From: an uncultured Candidatus Saccharibacteria bacterium
GTDB lineage: Bacteria; Patescibacteriota; WWE3; UBA101185; 2-01-FULL-41-18
Assembly (NCBI GenBank): GCA_964636285.1
Contig: CAZWQF010000003.1
Coordinates: 69,226-133,225, forward strand
Direction of reading: 5' to 3'
DNA length: 64,000 nt
Position numbers and translations under genes: made by a program. Within the stretch, counting starts at the first letter, position 1. Each line of letters opens with the position of its first letter. The notes under the pieces were generated by a model that worked only from the letters and a program-made list of their open reading frames with translations, had not been told where the DNA came from and made no database searches. Shown piece after piece: positions 47,807 to 57,553 of this stretch.

Positions 47807-50383
47807 ATGGCTAAGAAAACTTCAGAAGAAAAAGAACATTTAGATGAATCCTCAACTGGACAAGTTGTTCAGGCAAATATAGTTAACGAAATGCAATCTG
47901 CATATCTTGACTACGCGATGAGCGTTATTGTTGCAAGAGCGCTTCCTGATGTTAACGACGGACTTAAACCGGTTCATAGAAGAGTTCTTTACGCCATGTA
48001 TGACCAAGGAATGGGACCTGGATCAAGGTACCAAAAGTGTGCTTCCGTAGTTGGAGAAGTAATGAAAAAGTACCATCCACACGGAGATTCATCAATTTAT
48101 GATGCACTTGCAAGAATGGCTCAGGATTTTTCGCTTAGATATCCACTTATTGACGGTCAAGGAAACTTTGGATCAGTGGATGGCGACCCTCCAGCAGCAA
48201 TGAGGTACACAGAGTGTAGGCTTGCACCAATCTCCACCAAACTTTATGAAGATATTGATAAAGACACAATCGACTTTAGCTTAAACTATTCGGGAGATTA
48301 TAAAGAGCCAACAGTACTCCCAGCTGTTCTTCCAAATCTACTTTTAAATGGAACATCAGGAATTGCGGTAGGAATGGCAACTCAAGTACCTCCACATAAC
48401 CTTGGCGAGGTAGTTGACGGTATCAGCCATATGATTGAAACCGCTGATAACATTGGAAGTGCGCCAAAAAAAGGCGATGAAGATCAAACAATGGTCCCAG
48501 ATTTCTCAAGCACAGCAAATGTTGAAGATCTTGTTAAATTCATAAAAGGTCCTGATTTTCCAACGGGCGGAATCATCTACGATCAATCAGAAATCATAAA
48601 AATGTACGCCACAGGTAGAGGAAGAATTGTAACAAGAGCTAGAACATCAATAGAGGAGGACAAGGCAGGAAAATTTAAAATTGTTATTACTGAAATCCCA
48701 TACCAGGTAAATAAAGCCACTCTTCAAGAAAAAGTAGCAATGCTTGTAAAGGATAAGAAGATTGACGGGATTTCAGACATTAGGGATGAGTCTGACAGAA
48801 GGGGAATGAGGGTTGTTATTGAACTTAAAAGAGATGCAAGACCACAACAAGTCTTAAACCTCCTTTACAAACACACTGACCTTCAAACTGCATTTAATGC
48901 AAACGTTGTAGCAATTCTTCATGGAGAGCCAAAAGTGTTCACTCTTAAAACAATGCTTGAAGAGTTTGTTAAGCATAGACAAAGAGTGGTTTTAAGAAGA
49001 ACCAAATACCTTTTAAATAAAGCTAGAGAAAGAGAACACATACTTCTTGGACTTAAAAAAGCTCTTGATCATTTGGACGAAGTCATAGCCCTTATCAGAA
49101 AAAGCAAAGATGCAGATGAGGCAAAACAGGGACTTATTAAGAAGTTTGATTTTTCTGAAATTCAGGCACAAGCAATTTTAGACATGCAGCTTAGAAGACT
49201 TGCTGCACTAGAGAGAAAGAAGATTGAGGACGAATTAAAAGAGGTCCAGGCTATGATTAAGGATCTCGAGGGCCTTCTTGCCTCGCCAAAGAGAGTTATA
49301 GATACAATCAAAAGTGAACTTGCAGAGCTTAAAACAAAGTATGGTGATGAAAGAAAGACAAAAATTATTAAAGGAAAGATTGGAGAATTCAGTGAAGAAG
49401 ACCTTATTAAGAACGAACAGGTAGTTATTTCTATAACCAAGACCGGATACATTAAAAGACTTACTGTTGATACATATAAGAGACAGGCTAGAGGAGGAAA
49501 AGGTGTGGTAGGACAAACCCTTAAAGAAGAGGACGAGGTCTATGATATAAAAGTTTGTAACAGCCTTGATTACGCACTTTTCTTTACTAATAAAGGTAAG
49601 GTTTACAAAGTCAAAATCTGGGAAATTCCTGAGGCTAGCAGAACTGCAAAGGGAACAGCAATTGTAAACTTAATTAACATTGAACAATCAGAAAAAATAG
49701 AAGAGTTTTTGACAGTTGATAAGTCGGTTTTTGATAGTAAACAGGGGCACATCATTCTTGGAACAACAAAAGGAAATATCAAAAAAACACTTCTTTCCGA
49801 ATTTGAAAACATCAGGCAATCTGGAATACTTGCAATCAAGCTTGATAATGGGGATTCCTTGGCCTGGGGAAGAATGTCTTCCGGAAGAGATGAGATCCTT
49901 TTGGTTACTGCAGAAGGCCAGTCCATTCGATTCAAAGAATCTGACGTAAGACCTATGGGAAGGCAAGCAGCTGGAGTAATTGGTATAAAACTTTCAGGTA
50001 GCGACTATGTAATTGGAATGGACATCATAAACAAAGAGAACAAGACACTTAATCTCTTGATAGTTACAGACAAAGGTTATGGCAAGAAGACTCATATAGA
50101 CGAGTACAAGACGCAAAACAGAGGAGGATCAGGTGTTTTAACATACCGAGTAACTGATAAAACTGGAAATGTATGTGCAACAAAGATTGTAGACTCAAGC
50201 ATAAAAAATGACGTTCTTATTGTTTCAAACGAAGGAAAGGTCATCAGACTTCCTGAAAAGCAGGTACCTTCGCTTGGAAGAGCCACACAGGGCGTTAGAC
50301 TTATTAACTTATCAGGTGGGGATACAGTAGCCTCCGTAGCTTACTTGGCCGAAAAAGTAGAAGACGAAGAAGAAACCGCCTAA
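47807..50383 (+). CDS. gyrA: DNA gyrase subunit A
   Basis: DGLKPVHRR, YHPHGD, AAMRYTE, GyrA-box QARGGKG. Confidence 0.97.
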   Translation: MAKKTSEEKEHLDESSTGQVVQANIVNEMQSAYLDYAMSVIVARALPDVNDGLKPVHRRVLYAMYDQGMGPGSRYQKCASVVGEVMKKYHPHGDSSIYDALARMAQDFSLRYPLIDGQGNFGSVDGDPPAAMRYTECRLAPISTKLYEDIDKDTIDFSLNYSGDYKEPTVLPAVLPNLLLNGTSGIAVGMATQVPPHNLGEVVDGISHMIETADNIGSAPKKGDEDQTMVPDFSSTANVEDLVKFIKGPDFPTGGIIYDQSEIIKMYATGRGRIVTRARTSIEEDKAGKFKIVITEIPYQVNKATLQEKVAMLVKDKKIDGISDIRDESDRRGMRVVIELKRDARPQQVLNLLYKHTDLQTAFNANVVAILHGEPKVFTLKTMLEEFVKHRQRVVLRRTKYLLNKAREREHILLGLKKALDHLDEVIALIRKSKDADEAKQGLIKKFDFSEIQAQAILDMQLRRLAALERKKIEDELKEVQAMIKDLEGLLASPKRVIDTIKSELAELKTKYGDERKTKIIKGKIGEFSEEDLIKNEQVVISITKTGYIKRLTVDTYKRQARGGKGVVGQTLKEEDEVYDIKVCNSLDYALFFTNKGKVYKVKIWEIPEASRTAKGTAIVNLINIEQSEKIEEFLTVDKSVFDSKQGHIILGTTKGNIKKTLLSEFENIRQSGILAIKLDNGDSLAWGRMSSGRDEILLVTAEGQSIRFKESDVRPMGRQAAGVIGIKLSGSDYVIGMDIINKENKTLNLLIVTDKGYGKKTHIDEYKTQNRGGSGVLTYRVTDKTGNVCATKIVDSSIKNDVLIVSNEGKVIRLPEKQVPSLGRATQGVRLINLSGGDTVASVAYLAEKVEDEEETA

Positions 50384-50385
50384 CA

Positions 50386-51192
50386 ATGGACAATAATATC
50401 GATCAACAACCACTAATTCCAAAAGGAGCAATAATAGGATTGATTGTTGCAATTGTAGTTGGAGTCTTTTTGTACATGAATCAAACGGCAGCACTCAATG
50501 CAGGCCAAAATACAAAAGATAAACCTGCTGTTTCTGAAGCGGATGTTCAAAGTAACATGATCGGGTCAGATGCACCAGCCGGTGTTGCTGGAGCACAAGC
50601 CGAAGATAAACCTCAAAACACCGATCCATTGTTACAGGGAGTTGTGAATCCAAGCACTGAGGGTATAAATTTTGGCAAGCCAGCAGCTACACCAGTACCA
50701 AAACAACAAGTGCAGCAACAAACCCAACAAGCTCCAAAACAACCCCTTTCAAGTAACGAAGGGGTAAAGCAGTTAAAGCAACTCCAAACAAAAAAAGTGG
50801 ATATTGTCACCTACAGCGCATATGAGATTGAAGGGCCTTCTGGATCTTTTGTAGTTAAGTCAAAAGTAGGAGACCAGGAGAGCCACGAAAATGTAATCTC
50901 AAGGGCACCGTCCTGGACAAAAATGAATGAGGTTTTTGATTTTGTAGAGGGGAAAATATATGTGGTGAACGGCTACAAGGATATTGTTGAGATATACACA
51001 ACTACAAATGCTGGATTTGAGTATAAAGATGCAATAAAACTTCCGTCCAGAGAAGATATAGGCATAGCCTTTGGTATAACATGCGCAAATAATCCCGAGT
51101 GCATTGTTAGAACCTCAAAGGCGTCCGGGAGTGAATGTTCTGTAAAAGTTAACATCAAGAGCAAAAAGTCTTACGAACCTGACTGCGATTAA
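50386..51192 (+). CDS. Membrane-anchored hypothetical protein with Q/P-rich linker
   Basis: N-terminal TM, low-complexity stalk, C-terminal domain with 4 Cys. Confidence 0.7.
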   Translation: MDNNIDQQPLIPKGAIIGLIVAIVVGVFLYMNQTAALNAGQNTKDKPAVSEADVQSNMIGSDAPAGVAGAQAEDKPQNTDPLLQGVVNPSTEGINFGKPAATPVPKQQVQQQTQQAPKQPLSSNEGVKQLKQLQTKKVDIVTYSAYEIEGPSGSFVVKSKVGDQESHENVISRAPSWTKMNEVFDFVEGKIYVVNGYKDIVEIYTTTNAGFEYKDAIKLPSREDIGIAFGITCANNPECIVRTSKASGSECSVKVNIKSKKSYEPDCD

Positions 51193-51867
51193 ATGGCAAA
51201 AAATAGCCCAAAACCAACATTAGAATATGAAAAAGCTCTATGGGATCAAGGCGTATTTGATGTCATTGGTATAGATGAGGTAGGAAGGGGTTCGTGGGCT
51301 GGGCCAGTAGTTGCTGCAGCAGTGATTTTTGACGAGGATGTTGCAACCAAACTTATTCAAGAGGAACTAAGTGATGTTAAAGATTCCAAGCTCCTTTCGC
51401 AAGCAAAAAGAGAGGCTTTAAGCAAAATTATTCTTAGTACATGCAAAAGATGCTACATATCTGAGGTGTCAGTTGAGGATATAAATCAGAGTGGGGTAGG
51501 GGAGAGTGCACAAAAAGCTTTCATAATAGCCCTTGAAAAAGTGCTTGGAAATAAAAGGGCTCATGTGTTGATAGATGCTTTTTATATTAAGGAGGTCCCA
51601 AAAAACGTCCAGACACCAATAATAAAGGGAGACCAAAAGTCGTTTTCAATTGCGGCAGCTTCAATAATTGCAAAGGTGTATAGAGATAATTTGATGGTCA
51701 AACTAGGGGAGGGCTACAGACAGTACGGCTTTGAGATCAACAAAGGTTATGGAACCAAATCCCATCAACTTGCAATCTCAAAGCACGGACTTTGTAAAAT
51801 TCACAGAACCAGCTTTAACCTCTCCTCCTTACTCAATAAAGAACTAAGTCAAATTGCTCCAAAATAA
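51193..51867 (+). CDS. rnhB: Ribonuclease HII
   Basis: GIDEVGRGSWAGPV, DSKLL, KGD..S.SIAAASIIAKV.RD. Confidence 0.96.
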   Translation: MAKNSPKPTLEYEKALWDQGVFDVIGIDEVGRGSWAGPVVAAAVIFDEDVATKLIQEELSDVKDSKLLSQAKREALSKIILSTCKRCYISEVSVEDINQSGVGESAQKAFIIALEKVLGNKRAHVLIDAFYIKEVPKNVQTPIIKGDQKSFSIAAASIIAKVYRDNLMVKLGEGYRQYGFEINKGYGTKSHQLAISKHGLCKIHRTSFNLSSLLNKELSQIAPK

Positions 51868-51941
51868 AATCCTTAATTCTTGACTTGTTAGGCTTAAAAG
51901 AACTATTATTCTAATTGCCCAGTATTTTTTTGAAAGGAAAA

Positions 51942-52673
51942 ATGAAAGATTTTGCAATTAAATTAGTCATGGTTGTTTTGTCTGTAATTCTTGTTGTGAA
52001 AGTTCTAGGTACTTTACCACTTTCAATGAATACAAAAGCTCTTGATAAAGATAATAACTTCTTTGTATCAGCTGATGCCACAACTTACGTTAAACCTGAT
52101 ATAGCATATGTAAATCTTGCAGTTGAAACAACAGGAAATACCGCAGCACTCGCTCAGACTGGCCTTAATGGGGTAATAAATAAAGTAACATCTGAAGTTA
52201 AAAAGTTAGGACTTACTGATGAGGATGTTAAAACAACAAACTATAACATTTACCCAACATATTCTGCTGATGGTAAAAAAATTGACTCGTACAGAGCAAG
52301 CGCATCTATAAGAGTAAAAGAGAGAAAACTAGATAGGCTCAACAATGTAATTGATGCAGGAACCGCAGCTGGAGCTAACAGTGTCTCCGGAGTATCCTTT
52401 GAAGTCGAAAACAAAGAAGAAGCAATCAACAACGCTAGAGCTGAAGCAATCAAAAAAGCAAAAGAAAAGGCAAAGAAGATTGCCACAGAATCTGGAATTT
52501 CACTTGGAAGAATAGTCAATGTATCTGAAGCTTACCCATCCAACTTTATGCCTTACGCAGCATCTGATATGTCTTTTGGAAAAGGAGCCGGTGGGGCAGG
52601 GGAGCAAACAAATATTCAGCCTGGACAAACAGAGGTTAAGGTTGAAGTTACTCTCAGCTACGAAACGCTTTAG
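51942..52673 (+). CDS. SIMPL/DUF541 family protein
   Basis: VKPDIA, T.NYNIYP.Y, AGAN.VSGVSF, AR.EAI..AK.KA, IQPG. Confidence 0.88.
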   Translation: MKDFAIKLVMVVLSVILVVKVLGTLPLSMNTKALDKDNNFFVSADATTYVKPDIAYVNLAVETTGNTAALAQTGLNGVINKVTSEVKKLGLTDEDVKTTNYNIYPTYSADGKKIDSYRASASIRVKERKLDRLNNVIDAGTAAGANSVSGVSFEVENKEEAINNARAEAIKKAKEKAKKIATESGISLGRIVNVSEAYPSNFMPYAASDMSFGKGAGGAGEQTNIQPGQTEVKVEVTLSYETL

Positions 52674-52716
52674 TTAGCAAGTTTGGTGGAATTAACTGCC
52701 TTAGTTCCATAATAAA

Positions 52717-53901
52717 TTGGACCAGGAAAATCAGCAGAAAAAGCTGAAGATTTCTCAAATCGATTCACATAGAGAGCACGCTGAAAAGCTTTTCCTTTCG
52801 CTTAGCTATGATGATGTGCTCCTTGTACCTACACTCTCAGATATAAATTCAAGAGACGATGTTGTAACTGAAACTCAAATTACCCCTAAAATTAAGCTTT
52901 CAATACCGATCATTAGCTCTAACATGGACACAGTTACAGGTGTAGAGATGGCACTAGAAATTGCAAAGCTTGGAGGACTTGGAATTCTTCCAAGGTTTGA
53001 TGACATAGAAACTCAAGCAGTAAAAGTTGAACAAGTTAAAAGGTATGGCGGGCTAGTTGGTGCTGCAGTGGGAGTTAAAGAAGGGTTTATTGATAGGGCA
53101 TCAAGACTAGTGAAGGCTGGAGTGGATGTTTTGGTGCTGGATGTAGCGCATGGGCACATGACCAAAGTACTGGAAGCAACAAGCTTACTTAAGCATGCGT
53201 TTAACGACGTTGAATTAATTTGCGGAAATGTGGCAACTTACGAAGGGGCAATGGATTTATTTAACGCAGGTGCGGATAGCGTAAAGGTTGGTGTTGGTCC
53301 TGGAAGTATCTGCACAACACGAATTATGAGCGGATCGGGAGTGCCACAAATCAGCGCAGTATTACATGCAGCAAAGGCTGCCAGAGAAGTAGGTAAAACC
53401 ATCATCTGCGACGGAGGAACAAAAACACCTGGGGACGTGGCCAAAGGACTTGCTGCGGGAGCTTCAGCAGTTATGATTGGGAGCATGCTTGCAGGTACAA
53501 ACGAAGCACCTGGCGAGATTATAAGTGTTCAAAAAAAGCACACAAAGGAAGCGTATTTATTTGGGATAAAGTTTTTTGAACTGGAGATAAGGGAGGGCTT
53601 ACCTCAAAAATTTAAGAGATACAACGGGTCCACATCCAAAGCAGAAAAACACAGTCAAGTTAAAAAAGATGCTTCGGATAAGTCTGGCTCGTATACCGAA
53701 TATGTTGAAGGGGTTGAGGCAATGGTTCCATACAAAGGCCCAGTTGAAAGCGTAGTAAAGCGAATTATGGCGGGAGTAAGATCTGGAATGAGCTACAGCG
53801 GGTCCAGAACAATTGAGGAATTTTGGGAAAATGCAGAGTTTGTACGAATAACTGCGCAGGGCGTAAAAGAAAGCAACGCTCACGATGTACACACTTTATA
53901 A
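52717..53901 (+). CDS. IMP dehydrogenase / GMP reductase family protein without CBS domains
   Basis: [43 protein letters not shown]. Confidence 0.88.
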   Translation: MDQENQQKKLKISQIDSHREHAEKLFLSLSYDDVLLVPTLSDINSRDDVVTETQITPKIKLSIPIISSNMDTVTGVEMALEIAKLGGLGILPRFDDIETQAVKVEQVKRYGGLVGAAVGVKEGFIDRASRLVKAGVDVLVLDVAHGHMTKVLEATSLLKHAFNDVELICGNVATYEGAMDLFNAGADSVKVGVGPGSICTTRIMSGSGVPQISAVLHAAKAAREVGKTIICDGGTKTPGDVAKGLAAGASAVMIGSMLAGTNEAPGEIISVQKKHTKEAYLFGIKFFELEIREGLPQKFKRYNGSTSKAEKHSQVKKDASDKSGSYTEYVEGVEAMVPYKGPVESVVKRIMAGVRSGMSYSGSRTIEEFWENAEFVRITAQGVKESNAHDVHTL

Positions 53902-54058
53902 GCTGAATAGTCGTTTTTGACCTCCACTAAAGCAAATAATCGGCCCATACTATATACCTTAGCAAAAGCAAATAGAGCAAGCATCAAGTTTGATCAAAAC
54001 ATAGAAGGCTGTTAAGATTTCAAGCACCAATAATCCTTAAAGGAAAGAGGATCCGATT

Positions 54059-54256
54059 ATGCACCTAGGATGGCAGCTGTATCTTGGGGCTATGCTGTTA
54101 ATTCTGAGCATAGTGCTCGACCAACCAACTTCCAGACTTCATATGCTGGGCAAACGAGGTCTTGGAAGAATGTTTGCGGTTGCAACACCACCTGCTGTGT
54201 TTACGCTCGGCGGGGCCCTATTGCTTGTAATCGCTGCAAAAGCAATTTTCGGCTGA
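54059..54256 (+). CDS. Small hypothetical membrane protein
   Basis: 65 aa with two hydrophobic segments; AAGGAAAGAGG SD-like leader. Confidence 0.5.
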   Translation: MHLGWQLYLGAMLLILSIVLDQPTSRLHMLGKRGLGRMFAVATPPAVFTLGGALLLVIAAKAIFG

Positions 54257-54346
54257 GACCACCCCTGGCTTGTTCCCCACCTGACGCGATGAAACCACGA
54301 ACGCACAAGCGCTCGCACCGGTTGATTCGCGTCAGGATACTTTTTA

Positions 54347-55291
54347 TTATTTCCTTAAAAACTTATCGTGGACTTCTTTTAATCGCCTGTTGGTTACATG
54401 CGTGTATATTTGCGTTGTTGAAACATTCGAGTGCCCTAAAAGCTCCTGAACAGACCTTAAATCCGCACCGTTCATTAAAAGCGTAGTTGCCATAGAATGT
54501 CTTAACGAATGCGGCGTAGCATCAACCCCAACACCAGATCTCCCAACATACTTCTTAACCAAGCGCTGAACGCTTCTGACTGTTAGCCTTAAAGATTCTC
54601 CGTCAGCATCATCTATTGTCATTTTCTTACCTGAATACCTTAAAAACAGTGGTAAGAATTTGTCCGATCTTGTGGAAAGGTATCTTTCAAGCCAGTTCAA
54701 AGCTTCATCCGAAAGATAAACTGTCCTCAGCTTTCTTCCTTTACCTACAACACTAAACTCTCTTGTTTCATAATTTATGCTATCTCTATCAAGTTTAACA
54801 AGCTCGCTAACTCTGAGGCCTGTGCTAAACAAAACCTCAAGAATTGCACGGTCCCTGACACCTGACCTCTTGTCTAGGTTCTGAACGCTCATAATGCGCT
54901 CCAGCTGTTCGTTATTTAAAAACTTGGGAACTCTAGCTTCAGATTTTCCCAGGTCAATCTGCTCAGGTGCAACAGTCTGTAGATTTTTCTTGACAATGAG
55001 GTATCTGAGAAAAGCCCTAAGCGAAACCATAAAAGTCTTTTGGGTGTTCTTTTTATACGCTTCATTAGATTTGTAACTAATTCTTCTATTTAAATTTATT
55101 CTGTATTTTTGAATATTATCCAAATTTATATCATCGCTGGTAGGGGATTCGGAATTTAAATGCGATTTTAAAAACTCCAAGAAATCTCTCAGGTAAAAAT
55201 CGTACATTTTGATTGTGGATTGGGAGAGGTTTTTGTCTATTTCGCAAAACTCAAGGTAGTCAGTAATAAGAGCCGAAAGAGCAGTTGTCAT
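54347..55291 (-). CDS. XerC/D-family tyrosine recombinase
   Basis: SAM-like N-terminal domain; RDRAILEVLFSTGLRVSEL, GKG, TPHSLRHSMAT, VQELLGH, TTQIYTH. Confidence 0.93.
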   Translation of the reverse strand: MTTALSALITDYLEFCEIDKNLSQSTIKMYDFYLRDFLEFLKSHLNSESPTSDDINLDNIQKYRINLNRRISYKSNEAYKKNTQKTFMVSLRAFLRYLIVKKNLQTVAPEQIDLGKSEARVPKFLNNEQLERIMSVQNLDKRSGVRDRAILEVLFSTGLRVSELVKLDRDSINYETREFSVVGKGRKLRTVYLSDEALNWLERYLSTRSDKFLPLFLRYSGKKMTIDDADGESLRLTVRSVQRLVKKYVGRSGVGVDATPHSLRHSMATTLLMNGADLRSVQELLGHSNVSTTQIYTHVTNRRLKEVHDKFLRK

Positions 55292-55297
55292 CTATCC

Positions 55298-55339
55298 ATG
55301 GTACAGAAAAGTACATCAAATGTAAACATTTAACGACGT
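55298..55339 (-). promoter_or_regulatory. xer promoter with an adjacent copy of the dif-like arm
   Basis: TTTACA-17-TACCAT on the minus strand, 6 nt from the ATG; TTTAACGACGT at 55329-55339. Confidence 0.6.
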
Positions 55340-56157
55340 CTGATCAACAAGGATCAATTGAAAATAGTTTTAAGCTTTACCGGCGCGATAAAATGCAATT
55401 TTGGAGGCATGGCAATTATTTATTGTAATTATAAGTTTTTATAATCGAAATCACTCACCCTACCTAGTCTGCTAACTACTTAATGTATGAGAAGTATAGT
55501 CTTATAGTCACTGTTTTAGAATTCGCTTTTTGTATTAAACTTAGACCTATATTTAAACTAAAATTTAAACTTAAAATGCCAATCATGCCCCAGATTTCAT
55601 ACCGGTGGCGCAAAGATAAATTTGACTTCCAATGTATTTATCTTTCAGAATGGCTCACTGTTTTACTTCACCAGCAGCTACCTACATTTGGAATGCAATT
55701 CATACGCGACACAGAAAATTTAGCTGAAAGATCTGTATTAAGTTGAATCATTTATCATCTGAATTTCAAAAATTGATCCTAGGGCATTCTAGAGCGTTAC
55801 CTTTTGTTTTTGTTGTAGGTACGGCATTAATCGAATATGGCCTCATAAAACATGTTCAAATTTAAGGGTTAAATCGCTCAAACAACCTACTGGCAAAGCT
55901 TGCACAGGACAAGCTAGTGATAAGACCCAAAGAGCGATAATCACTGACAACTAAAAAGCACTAAGAGAGGCATGAGTGCGGAGAAGAATCAGAAAAAGTG
56001 AGGGAATTAAAATTTAATTCAAATTAGAAAAATAAAAAGAGAATAAAAAAATTTATTATTTTTAAATTGTAGGGAAGTACATAATAAAAAAATTAAAGAG
56101 GGCAAAAAAATGACGAGGTTTGAGGACAAAGGGAAGTGGTAGATTGACACAGATGCA

Positions 56158-56185
56158 ACGTCGTAATATGTATCTTTAACGACGT
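56158..56185. other. Candidate dif-like Xer recombination site
   Basis: ACGTCGTAATA-TGTATC-TTTAACGACGT: 11-6-11 layout; arms are 9/11 inverted repeats; lies in a 1.5-kb non-coding gap next to xer. Confidence 0.6.
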
Positions 56186-56767
56186 CTTAGGCCGAAAAAT
56201 CTGGGCCAAGGCCTAAGGGGTCAAAAACAGGTACAAATACATGCAAGAGGAAATAGACCAGAAATAAATAAAATAAATGATTTTAAAACTTTTTAAAAAT
56301 ACGCCTCAGGAGAATAATTAATTTTTTAAGATTTTAAAACTTTTTATGGCTTAAGGCCAATTTAACCTTTGTCTAGGCCTGATTTCCAAGCTCCTGATCT
56401 TACCTCTCTTGTAGGCATCCTCAACCAACAAATAGACGAGTATTTGGCTTCATGACAACAAATACTATTAATTTTTAACTTAACAATAACAGAATTTTGC
56501 AACAAAATAGAGCGCTTTTTGGCCTCAATTCGCCAAGTTATCCACACCATCTACACTCTACTGACACTCCGTCATCAGTGAATAATTATACCCTATAGCA
56601 AAACTATGACAAACATACATGACACACCCTATAGTATTATTAGCACTCTCCTCTACCCTGCGCTAACCTACCCTACTCTCTGAGGCCAAAACTGCCTAAA
56701 ATTAGCCAGAAATTTTATGCCTCAAATTTACTTAATTATTCCCGAATTTGGCGTAATGACAACAAAA

Positions 56768-57547
56768 CTAAGGTATAAATAATAGACCCATTAAAAGAAA
56801 CAGAACTGTAATGACAACATGCTCTAAAATGATCCTTCGGGTCAAAGTATGCTTAAGATAGTTTTGGATGAAACCAAGGCCAAAAAGTACCACAGAGGAT
56901 AAAAATAAGCCTCTAAAGAGAGCTTCAAACGGTATAAATAGCATGGTGAAAGCAAAAAGTGACACCCAGAAGGTCCCAACAAGCACCAAACTTGCATCAT
57001 ACACCTCTACCTCTAGCTTTAGCACCCTAGACCAAAAATCCAGAAGTAAATATGCTGAAACTACCACTACCCCAGCCTGAATCAATGGGTGGGCTGGTAT
57101 CTTAAACACTGCTGAATAGAACAATATGGATGCAACCACAATCAGAATCTGAGCCCAGGTGGAGGCCGCCCTGTACAAAGGTATCATCTTTCCCCTACTC
57201 TCAATGACCGTAAAAATGTTAATCACCAGAAGACAGATATAGAACAATACTGCAATTCCAACCAAAAATATGGCCTTAAAATAAAACGAGAGATTTGGAT
57301 ACTGAAATAACGAAAGAGCTCCACCTACAGCCAAATGAAGAGGTAGAACTAAAGCAAAAAGCCAAAGCCTCTTATAGGGAAATAGCTCCAAGGACCAAAT
57401 CAAAAGACCAGCACAAATTCCGGACAATACAGCGGTGTATATGTACATGCTTGCCACACCCAAGTATGCAGACACAAAGAGCAAAGTTGCAACGCCAATA
57501 GAAACAAGAATAAAGTTAATTTTTTTAGATGTTACATTTGGCTGCAT
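56768..57547 (-). CDS. Multi-pass membrane protein of unknown function
   Basis: About 9 hydrophobic segments; IPLYRAA motif. Confidence 0.75.
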   Translation of the reverse strand: MQPNVTSKKINFILVSIGVATLLFVSAYLGVASMYIYTAVLSGICAGLLIWSLELFPYKRLWLFALVLPLHLAVGGALSLFQYPNLSFYFKAIFLVGIAVLFYICLLVINIFTVIESRGKMIPLYRAASTWAQILIVVASILFYSAVFKIPAHPLIQAGVVVVSAYLLLDFWSRVLKLEVEVYDASLVLVGTFWVSLFAFTMLFIPFEALFRGLFLSSVVLFGLGFIQNYLKHTLTRRIILEHVVITVLFLLMGLLFIP

Positions 57548-57553
57548 AAAGCC

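Noticed and set aside
54347-55291. Tyrosine recombinase as a prophage or integron integrase
   Set aside because: Length and motifs are XerC/D-like. No phage genes, tRNA att site, integron-integrase insertion or attC array were recognised.
55483-55746. 87-aa ORF (and the 62-aa ORF at 56362..56550) in the large gap
   Set aside because: No recognisable motif, SD or protein-like composition; probably spurious.
56538-56546. Perfect DnaA box TTATCCACA in the large intergenic region, suggesting oriC
   Set aside because: Only one box was seen and there is no dnaA/dnaN nearby. Convergent gene orientation, the G-to-C switch and the xer/dif-like site point to a terminus instead.
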